From Candidatus Bathyarchaeota archaeon (lineage in GTDB: Archaea; Thermoproteota; Bathyarchaeia; 40CM-2-53-6): a stretch of 64,000 bases of DNA. Of the stretch, positions 57,292 to 64,000 are shown in pieces. The notes under the pieces are model-generated. The model was given only the letters and a program-made list of their open reading frames with translations. It ran no database searches and had not been told where the DNA came from. Location: positions 55,614-119,613 of the forward strand of contig VBBS01000031.1 of the NCBI GenBank assembly GCA_005888745.1, given 5' to 3'. Made by a program: the position numbers and the translations under genes. Numbering within the stretch: position 1 is the first letter of the stretch; each line of letters opens with the position of its first letter.

Positions 57292-57945
57292 TTGATGGAC
57301 CTAGCAAGCAGAAAGATGGTCTACTATGGCCTCTTAGGGCTGCTCATAGCTGGAGCGACGATAACCGTGTTTCGCGTAGCTCCCCAGGTCGTTCATACCT
57401 CAATACTGGCCAAAGACGGCACGCTCGACCTTTACTTCGCAAGTGTTCCGTCGGATATCCCAAGCAATAATGTTGTAACTAGTACGGACTTGCCAAATGC
57501 AAACTTGCCCATTTCTACCCACGGTCTGCTGGACCTCTCCTCCATAGTCAGTCTTGAAGTCACTATAGACTCAGTCATGATTCATAGCAATGAGGCAAAT
57601 AACACTGGCTGGATGGAAATCTCTCACAGTTCGACCACTCTTGACCTTCTCAAGCCCACAAGCGTCTCTGTGCTCATCGCAGGGGTAAAAGTCCCCGCGC
57701 AGAACATTACCATGGTCGTGCTACACGTATCAGACGCCACAGCGAGCGTCTTAGGACTGAATAGCCCCGTGCCGGTCATCGTCCCCAGTGGTAATCTGAA
57801 GATCCCTCTTGATTCAGGGGCCAGCATCAAACCCCAGATGACAACAAGCATTACCGCTGAACGCCCTCACATAATTATTGAAGGCATCAACACAATTCGC
57901 CTCTCGCCAGTCCTCCACGTAGACGACATCAGCGGTCCCAATTGA
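57292..57945 (+). CDS. Membrane-anchored extracellular Ser/Thr-rich protein
   Basis: An N-terminal TM helix followed by a beta-rich, S/T/N-rich domain. Confidence 0.4.
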   Translation: MMDLASRKMVYYGLLGLLIAGATITVFRVAPQVVHTSILAKDGTLDLYFASVPSDIPSNNVVTSTDLPNANLPISTHGLLDLSSIVSLEVTIDSVMIHSNEANNTGWMEISHSSTTLDLLKPTSVSVLIAGVKVPAQNITMVVLHVSDATASVLGLNSPVPVIVPSGNLKIPLDSGASIKPQMTTSITAERPHIIIEGINTIRLSPVLHVDDISGPN

Positions 57946-57961
57946 CAACTTGACTCTTTGG

Positions 57962-58084
57962 TAGCGGGGGGTGGATTTTCGGTCCCACGTGGGCCCTTCG
58001 AACCACCGCTTGAGGATCGAACTCGCCTCGATCAATCTCAGGGTTATGAGCCCTGCGGGTTAAACCTGGCTACCCCACCCCGCT
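57962..58084 (-). tRNA. tRNA with a CAU anticodon (initiator-like features; alternatively tRNA-Ile2), carrying two putative non-canonical introns (26 nt in the variable region, 21 nt in the T-loop)
   Basis: Minus strand: acceptor AGCGGGG/CCCCGCT (an A1:U72 pair), U8, D-stem GGGT/ACCC, anticodon stem CAGGG/CCCTG (G29-31:C39-41) with loop CUCAUAA. An extra AGATTGATCGAGGCGAGTTCGATCCTCAAGC lies before T-stem GGTGG. The T-loop TTCGAAT is interrupted by ~21 nt holding the palindrome GGGCCCACGTGGGACC. T-stem 3-prime is CCACC, discriminator A, no CCA. Confidence 0.5.
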
Positions 58085-58164
58085 GCAAGAGCGAAGCCGG
58101 TTCTGGCGAGTTTTAAAAGGTTTGACCGGAAGAAATTCTACTCGATCTCGGTGTTCTGATCGAG

Positions 58165-59532
58165 TCAGGACACAATCGGAATTGAAACTAGCGACACTAG
58201 TGTTTGATCGATTGTGTCGTCTGTTTTTGGAGAATTGGGGTGATCGATTCCATATCTAGAGGCCGGTTTGGTTAAGTGTCGATGTGCTCTGGGCGGCGGA
58301 AGGTACACTCCTACCCTGATTTTTCGGGGCTCTAGCTTTTCGACCCTTGACGTTCTTGGAAGGCGTGCTTTGCATTTTCTGCATCTGAATCCTTGATCTC
58401 TGCCCATTGATTCGCAGCGGGTGCCGCAGTTAGAACACGTAGGGTTCTCCAGCCGAACCTTATCCACCAGCCTAGTCACTTCCAGTTTCTCTACATTCAG
58501 GGTCAATTCTCGCAATGGTTGAGGGCGGATGCCACCTGAAACAGCAACCGAGTCGCCAGGGGATAGCTGGAGGGACGTATCACGAACAGATCCGGTTGCA
58601 TGGTAGGCCGCACAGTCAACCGAGCCCGTCTCGTCATGAATTCTGAAGATCACATGGCCCCCGCGAACGATTCGAGGTGAATCGCTGACATCGCCGGTGA
58701 TCACTGCGGACTGGTGGGGTCGAAGAGCTTGGATTCTGGTGTGGTAGTTGAGATGAGCATCTGTTCCTTGGTTTGTCCTGAAGATCATGACCCTTTCGAT
58801 GGGTTCATTGATCTCCAGGTGATTGAGCCCTCCAGTCACACTTGCAGGGTCTTTTCCTCTGATGCCAAGAAGAACAGGATCTGGACCGTGAGGACAAATG
58901 AGCACTCGGCCCGTTTCAGGGTCTATATTGTTGAAAGTCAATCCACGGAATAGCGCATCCATCTGTCGAACTGAATCATAGTTCACCCTTCTTTTCGTTC
59001 CAATATTTTCAGGCGTCCGGTATGCAATGATTTCGAAGGTGTGATCGTGGTCGAAATCGGCCCCCACACTCGCCAGTGCTCCGACGAGACCTCGGGACCC
59101 TTTGAGCAAGTGCACTTCTGAGCGGGCACTCTCTGCGGTCTGCCGTGCTTCATTGACTGAGAGAACATCGTGTAGTGCTCTGGAGGAAAACTCACGCAAT
59201 GGATTCGGTGCTCGGCCCTTGAGAAACACCATCGCGGGGTCCGTCGCTCGCTGCGTAAGATCCGTGGTGCGCTCGACTGTTGCTATAGCGACCTTCTTGA
59301 CATCTTCCAGTTGCTCTTCTTCGACAGTGAAATGTAATGAAAGGGCTCCGTTTCCTCGTGTTTTCCAAGGAATGTTGGGGTTGAGCCTGACCAGCCAAGG
59401 AAAGTCAAGGGGTTTGAATCCTTCGGACACCAATTCTTGGAACAGGACCGCCGCTGTGTATGTAGTACATCCTCCGAGTCTGGAATCGGTGTCGTCGACT
59501 CCAATGTGAAACTCAGTTAGCACTAGGGGCAC
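58165..59532 (-). CDS. tiaS: tRNA(Ile2) 2-agmatinylcytidine synthetase
   Basis: The N-terminal HIGVDDTDSRLGGCTTY kinase-like motif is characteristic of TiaS, as is a C-terminal zinc-ribbon CSNCGTRCE...CRKCKARL. 455 aa. Confidence 0.8.
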   Translation of the reverse strand: MPLVLTEFHIGVDDTDSRLGGCTTYTAAVLFQELVSEGFKPLDFPWLVRLNPNIPWKTRGNGALSLHFTVEEEQLEDVKKVAIATVERTTDLTQRATDPAMVFLKGRAPNPLREFSSRALHDVLSVNEARQTAESARSEVHLLKGSRGLVGALASVGADFDHDHTFEIIAYRTPENIGTKRRVNYDSVRQMDALFRGLTFNNIDPETGRVLICPHGPDPVLLGIRGKDPASVTGGLNHLEINEPIERVMIFRTNQGTDAHLNYHTRIQALRPHQSAVITGDVSDSPRIVRGGHVIFRIHDETGSVDCAAYHATGSVRDTSLQLSPGDSVAVSGGIRPQPLRELTLNVEKLEVTRLVDKVRLENPTCSNCGTRCESMGRDQGFRCRKCKARLPRTSRVEKLEPRKIRVGVYLPPPRAHRHLTKPASRYGIDHPNSPKTDDTIDQTLVSLVSIPIVS

Positions 59533-59573
59533 AATCTCCTCAAGAGGATTCCAAAGATGGATTTCGAAAGCGA

Positions 59574-59807
59574 CTAGTTCTCGATAACGATCATCGTGAG
59601 GGTGGACTTTACCTTGTTGAGATGGCGGACCTTCCAGGTGATGATCTCTTTCAGCTTGTCCATGCTGTCAGCGGCGACCTTCGCCACAATGTCGTATACC
59701 CCGTAGACCATGTAAGCCTCCTTGACCTGCGGAACCGATTTCAGCTCCTTTACAACTTGGTCTTCGGAGCCGATCTCTGCGTTTATCAGAACGAAAGCCA
59801 TAGGCAT
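59574..59807 (-). CDS. Stand-alone Lrp/AsnC-type ligand-binding (RAM) domain protein
   Basis: 77 aa; ...FVLINAEIGSEDQVVKELKSVPQVKEAYMVYGVYDIVAKV... Confidence 0.6.
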   Translation of the reverse strand: MPMAFVLINAEIGSEDQVVKELKSVPQVKEAYMVYGVYDIVAKVAADSMDKLKEIITWKVRHLNKVKSTLTMIVIEN

Positions 59808-59960
59808 TTTGAAACAGCCGAGGTGGTGGTCTCAACTGTTCAGTTTTAAGCTTTCGGCCGAATCGTGCGGCACTAATGTTGAGTAGTACCGGGCGTTACT
59901 AGTGCTGGTTTCAGAATTGATATCCCCAGTTCTGATACTCAGCGAGAAGATTGAAAGTCG

Positions 59961-60773
59961 ATGAGTAGTGCGACGCCGTCAAGCATCGATCTGGCAGCTC
60001 TCATTGTCAGCTTGGGAGTGCTAATAGTGGCGTCACTTAGTGATCTGAAGACTCGAGAAGTCTCCAACAGATTCTGGGTTATCTATGCTCCAATAGCAGC
60101 CCTCTTGTTCCTCGCGCGAATAGTCTTCGTCCCTGATACAGCTGTGGTCCTCGCTGTCTCTGCGGCAGCGACTATTGTCGTCTCGTTCCTTCTTTTCCAG
60201 TTCGGGGCGATGGGTGGTGCGGACAGCAAGGCTTTGATGTGCATTGCACTCGCTCTTCCAGTTGCTCCCGCTTTCCTATCTCCACTTTGGCAAGGTCCAC
60301 TGACCTTCTATCCATTTCCAATCGCGATTCTTGTCAACTCGTTCTTACTCTCCATCAGTATGATGTTCATTCTGCTCGGAAAGAACATCCTCTCGAGGTC
60401 TTCCGCCAAAAAGGGTATTTTCCAAGGGTTCGAGAAAGAATCGATTTTGAGAAAGGCTCTCGTTCTTTTGACCTCGTACAAGACCAGTTTCAATGCGCTA
60501 CAATCAAGTACGCATCTGTATCCTGCTGAGCAGGTGGCGGTTGTTGACTCTCGGCCCGTGCGACACCTGCACCTAGTCTCTTCGGTTGAAGAGGAACGAG
60601 ACAAGCTTGTTGCCGGACTCCAAGGATACAAGGATCAGGGGCTTTTCTCGGACGGCGTCTGGGTCACCCCAGGCCTTCCTCACCTGGTATTCATGACCGC
60701 AAGTCTCATCGTTACCGTTGTTATTGGTGACTTGTTGATGTTGCTCTTCTTCAGAGCTGTGGGGGTTTCATAA
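59961..60773 (+). CDS. Archaeal prepilin/preflagellin peptidase (A24 family, PibD/FlaK-like)
   Basis: A polytopic membrane protein with the two catalytic Asp contexts (SLSDLKTREVSN and GAMGGADSKAL). Confidence 0.7.
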   Translation: MSSATPSSIDLAALIVSLGVLIVASLSDLKTREVSNRFWVIYAPIAALLFLARIVFVPDTAVVLAVSAAATIVVSFLLFQFGAMGGADSKALMCIALALPVAPAFLSPLWQGPLTFYPFPIAILVNSFLLSISMMFILLGKNILSRSSAKKGIFQGFEKESILRKALVLLTSYKTSFNALQSSTHLYPAEQVAVVDSRPVRHLHLVSSVEEERDKLVAGLQGYKDQGLFSDGVWVTPGLPHLVFMTASLIVTVVIGDLLMLLFFRAVGVS

Positions 60774-61654
60774 TGACATCGTCTATTTTAAATCCCGTTC
60801 TAAACGACAACAACAGAAGCCTAGGAGTGAAAGTGTTGGCCGCAGACGAGTTCAGCGTACAGTCCCTGATGAAACTAGGACTGACTGAGTACGAAGCCCG
60901 GATCTATGTCGTACTGACGAAAATGGGGCCTAGAAACGCCAGCGAGATCAGTTTTCTCGGCAAGGTCCCGAGGCCAAAGACATATGGTGCGATCAGAGGA
61001 CTAGAGAGTAAAGGTCTCCTGCGCATTGTCCCAGGCAAACCGGAACGATACATGGCTGTCTCGCCAAATGATGTACTCATACCCTTAGTCGAGAAACTGA
61101 ACAAGGAAACAACCGAGTGCGTCCAGGTTGTCGAGAACCTTGCCATGGCCTTCGAATCCTCAAGATACGTATACACAGAGAAACCCTACGAGAGATACGA
61201 CCTTTGGAGCGTCAGGGGCCGAGACAAGGTGTACAAGCGCGTCCAAGACATGATCGGCGAAGCCAAGGTTAACGTTTTCTTTACTACAACAGCGAACGGA
61301 CTCGTTCGAATCTACAAGGCGCACTCAGAGGTGCTGGAGAAGGCTGCTGAAAGAGGGGCCAAGGTCCGAGTCGCGGCGCCTATAAACCAGATCAACCAGA
61401 GCGTCGCGCGAGAACTGGGAGAGGTCATAGAGGTCAGAAATTCATCGGGCCCGATGGTGAAATTCCTTACAGCCGATTCGGCAGAGATTATCTTCACTGA
61501 AGATATTCCTGACGATACAAACGTAGCGACAGGACAAGATGTAGCAACTTGGACGAACGACCCCTTGCTGGTGAAAGCGCACGAGAAAATGTTCGATCAG
61601 CTCTGGCCATCACAACCCCAACAGAAGGAAACCGTAAAAGCAAGAGCACGATAG
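60773..61654 (+). CDS. trmB: TrmB family transcriptional regulator
   Basis: N-terminal HTH LGLTEYEARIYVVLTKMGPRNASEIS...VPRPKTYGAIRGLESKGLL plus a C-terminal TrmB effector domain. Confidence 0.75.
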   Translation: MTSSILNPVLNDNNRSLGVKVLAADEFSVQSLMKLGLTEYEARIYVVLTKMGPRNASEISFLGKVPRPKTYGAIRGLESKGLLRIVPGKPERYMAVSPNDVLIPLVEKLNKETTECVQVVENLAMAFESSRYVYTEKPYERYDLWSVRGRDKVYKRVQDMIGEAKVNVFFTTTANGLVRIYKAHSEVLEKAAERGAKVRVAAPINQINQSVARELGEVIEVRNSSGPMVKFLTADSAEIIFTEDIPDDTNVATGQDVATWTNDPLLVKAHEKMFDQLWPSQPQQKETVKARAR

Positions 61655-62036
61655 GTCTGCTGTTACACTCAGCTTTACGAAGCATAATTTTTTCTTTTCT
61701 CACCTTCAATCCCGGGATTAGATTTTTCCTTCCCAAATCAGTACCAAAGGGGGGGAGTTCTGAGCCCTGTTCAGTATTTCCACAATAATTCAACGCGTGG
61801 AATTCTACCGTCAAGTGCCCGGTCCTCTTATATGAAAAATCGTGCTGAGTAAAGAATCATCCAGTCTGAGAATCATCAGGATATCCAGTTATCTCCCCGG
61901 ATTGATACACGCGAGTGTCCATGTAACTGTTCGACAATTTTCGAAGTTACATGATGCCTATGTTGGATGCGGCCTTGGGTGTAGTCAGTGGCTTGTGGGC
62001 GATATCCACACCACGACCCCAGAGCCAAGAGAGCAA

Positions 62037-62291
62037 ATGAGTCGATTGAATAGATCAAAGGATACCTTACGCGACAGAATACTGCACGTGCTCTCCGGCG
62101 CTCCAATACCAATGGACGTCGAAAATGTACGAATCAAGTCAGGGCTCAAAAACTGGGAAAGCACCAAAGCACTGCTCCTCGAGCTCGTAGTGGAGGGCGT
62201 CATCAGCGGTCAGAAGACCACCAAGTCCTGGGTGTTCTGGGTAGATCACACCGACACCCGGCTGAGCATAGCAGGAAGAGATCACGCATGA
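62037..62291 (+). CDS. Small winged-helix protein (start taken at the internal Met of ORF 61842..62291)
   Basis: MSRLNRSKDTLRDRILHVLSG...ALLLELVVEGVISGQKTTKSWVFW is wHTH-like. Confidence 0.4.
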   Translation: MSRLNRSKDTLRDRILHVLSGAPIPMDVENVRIKSGLKNWESTKALLLELVVEGVISGQKTTKSWVFWVDHTDTRLSIAGRDHA

Positions 62292-62424
62292 ACAACGCCC
62301 CTAGAAACCTCTGCTACGTAGCAACGGTACCAACGAGCCAATCAAGCGCGCCTTCTCGCGTAGCCCCGGCTTCGGTTCAATCTGGGAAACGGGTTGGGAC
62401 GAGCCCACAGGGAAACTACAAGGA

Positions 62425-62976
62425 GTGAAAAAATTGAAAAAAATAATCGGGAACAAGAAAGGCATCGACACCATACTCGCAGCACTACTCATGGTCGTCA
62501 TAGTCGTCGTCGCATCAGTCATGGTCTACGCATGGTCAACAGGACTACTCGGAACACTACTCGTAACACCACAAACAGGCAAGGAAGCATTGACCTTGGA
62601 AAACAGCGCTTTCAACTCCAATACCAATGTCACGTTGGACATCAGGAACGCCGGGAGCGCATCCATTACCCTCAACAGCTACTACGTAAAGAACGCCACT
62701 GGTGGCCAATGGTCTCAACTCAGCTGGCAGAGCCAACCGCATCCTCCAGGCATAATCCAGCCCAATGCGCTAGGAATAGTCTACTTTGCGATAGGCACCA
62801 CAGGTACATCGGGCGCTGGCGCGCTTGGTAACGCTGGTCCATGCAACGCTTCAGGTTTCACATCGCCGTGCGCAGAGAGTGGCACCGGATTCGGCGCATT
62901 CACTTCAGGCTATCAATACACCATCATCGTAGTGACTTCACGGAACAATCAGTTCAGCTTCTCGGTGACTAGGTAA
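62425..62976 (+). CDS. Class III signal peptide (archaeal type IV pilin-like) protein 1
   Basis: A basic N-terminus, KG, then a hydrophobic helix ending ...YAWSTG (KKGIDTILAALLMVVIVVVASVMVYAWSTGLL); the archaeal pilin/flagellin N-terminal domain pattern. Confidence 0.7.
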   Translation: MKKLKKIIGNKKGIDTILAALLMVVIVVVASVMVYAWSTGLLGTLLVTPQTGKEALTLENSAFNSNTNVTLDIRNAGSASITLNSYYVKNATGGQWSQLSWQSQPHPPGIIQPNALGIVYFAIGTTGTSGAGALGNAGPCNASGFTSPCAESGTGFGAFTSGYQYTIIVVTSRNNQFSFSVTR

Positions 62977-62991
62977 ACAGGCGATCAAAGC

Positions 62992-63465
62992 ATGAAAAGT
63001 ATCAATCGATATCTCAAGCACAGAAAGGGCATCAACACAATACTCGCCTCATTGCTCATGGTGGTCATAGTCGTCGTCGCATCAGTCATGGTCTACGCCT
63101 GGTCCACGGGTCTTCTCGGAACCCTGCTCGTTCAGCCAAACGTTGGAAAAGAGGCACTTAACTTGAACACGGCTTCATTTCCTACCAACTATAACGTCAC
63201 GCTCATCGCTCAAAACTCAGGCACCGTTGCCACAACCTTTACGACCTATTATGTGAAAAACGCTACTGGCACGACCTGGACTCAAACAGCTTGGAGCTGG
63301 GCTCCAACAATCCAGCCCAATTCGCCTGGAACCATTCAAATCGGACTTAACGTGGCGGGAGGCTCGTATTCGACGAGCACGTTTTACTTCGTGCCGGGCA
63401 ACTCTTACACCGTTACGCTCGTGACTTCACGGAACAACCAGTTCACCTTCAGCGTAGTTCGGTAA
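62992..63465 (+). CDS. Class III signal peptide (archaeal type IV pilin-like) protein 2
   Basis: RKGINTILASLLMVVIVVVASVMVYAWSTGLL; a paralogue of the previous gene with the same C-terminal ...VTSRNNQF(T/S)FSV(V/T)R. Confidence 0.7.
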   Translation: MKSINRYLKHRKGINTILASLLMVVIVVVASVMVYAWSTGLLGTLLVQPNVGKEALNLNTASFPTNYNVTLIAQNSGTVATTFTTYYVKNATGTTWTQTAWSWAPTIQPNSPGTIQIGLNVAGGSYSTSTFYFVPGNSYTVTLVTSRNNQFTFSVVR

Positions 63466-63572
63466 GTTAGGTGAGCGAATGTTGATGGATTATGATGCCT
63501 GGTTTGAACTTCCCGGTTTTTTGAAAACCGATCCATATCGGTAAAACTAGAAGCTTAGGAGAGGAATGGAAA

Positions 63573-64000
63573 GTGTCTACGGTGAAGTGGGCAAGGTCTG
63601 GGGCAAGGAAGCACCGTAGGTCACAAAAAGCCATTTCCACTATCATGGCTAACTTGACCATGCTTATCATCGTTGTATCTTTGAGCGGGCTACTCTTCGT
63701 ATGGGCTACATCCAGCTTTGGGGCCTATACTGGCGGCGCAGGATACTGGTTCACAAGCCGAAGCATCGCAAATCAAGAGAGAGTTTCCGTAGAGGCCGTC
63801 TATTTCGGCAGCACGGGATCGGTCAACAATCTCGTGACTCTTTATGTGAGGAATGTAGGGACAACTCCCTTCTCAGTCGCCTCGGTCTACGTGAATTCAA
63901 CGCTCTACAATTGGGCGGGAGGATCTGTCCCTGTGAACCAAGTTCAACAGATACCACTCAACCTCTCAACTGGAGGCCAATCCTGGGCAAAAGGAGATCT
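63573..64000 (+). CDS. Class III signal peptide pilin-like protein 3; probable GTG start, 3-prime end beyond the window
   Basis: ...RSQKAISTIMANLTMLIIVVSLSGLLFVWATSS... is of the same type as the two upstream paralogues. The ORF runs to the window edge. Confidence 0.55.
   Translation, partial: MSTVKWARSGARKHRRSQKAISTIMANLTMLIIVVSLSGLLFVWATSSFGAYTGGAGYWFTSRSIANQERVSVEAVYFGSTGSVNNLVTLYVRNVGTTPFSVASVYVNSTLYNWAGGSVPVNQVQQIPLNLSTGGQSWAKGD

Noticed and set aside
1-64000. rRNA genes and a cas-associated CRISPR locus
   Set aside because: No long stretch lacks protein-like ORFs or shows rRNA-like conserved blocks. The only tandem repeat array has no spacers and no nearby cas genes.

Overview
This 64 kb window is an archaeal chromosomal segment. 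The lineage signals are an archaeal-type AspRS, the archaeal phosphoglycerate mutase ApgM, ribosomal protein L18e, the tRNA(Ile2) agmatidine synthetase TiaS, an Elf1-like zinc-finger protein, a Sulfolobus-type zinc ferredoxin, class-III signal-peptide pilins with a prepilin peptidase, and intron-containing tRNAs (two with introns at non-canonical positions). These point to a TACK/Thermoproteota-like archaeon, but the lineage cannot be fixed from sequence alone. Coding density is high on both strands. Housekeeping genes include pyk, aspS, apgM, serS and rpl18e. Metal-homeostasis genes include an Nramp/MntH transporter, a ZIP transporter, a rubrerythrin-VIT1 fusion and a VIT1 protein. A small stress cluster runs UspA, an HPF-like protein, NnrD and a site-2 protease with a CBS pair. 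There are four PNPOx/FDOR-like flavoproteins. A nuoB-nuoC-nuoD-nuoI cluster is followed by an FrhB/FpoF-like F420-binding iron-sulfur protein and lacks membrane-arm genes. NuoI is interrupted by a 373-aa intein with a homing-endonuclease core, inserted inside its second [4Fe-4S] motif. The most system-like accessory content is a translationally coupled three-gene operon (PKD-repeat surface protein, MinD/ParA-like ATPase, V4R-domain protein), with a second MinD paralogue elsewhere lying next to a convergent pair of unusual regulators carrying two TrmB-type HTH domains each. A type-IV-pilus-like locus (prepilin peptidase, TrmB regulator, small wHTH protein, three tandem class-III pilin-like genes) closes the window. 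Mobile-element debris includes three TnpB (IS200/IS605 OrfB) derivatives, all disrupted, two of which share a conserved 3-prime element consistent with an omega-RNA/right-end scaffold. Other pseudogene-like remnants are a comA fragment and a MinD paralogue without a canonical start codon. No rRNA genes and no CRISPR array were seen. All coordinates and frames were worked out by hand from the sequence and the ORF track. Functional calls rest on remembered family motifs, not on database searches.
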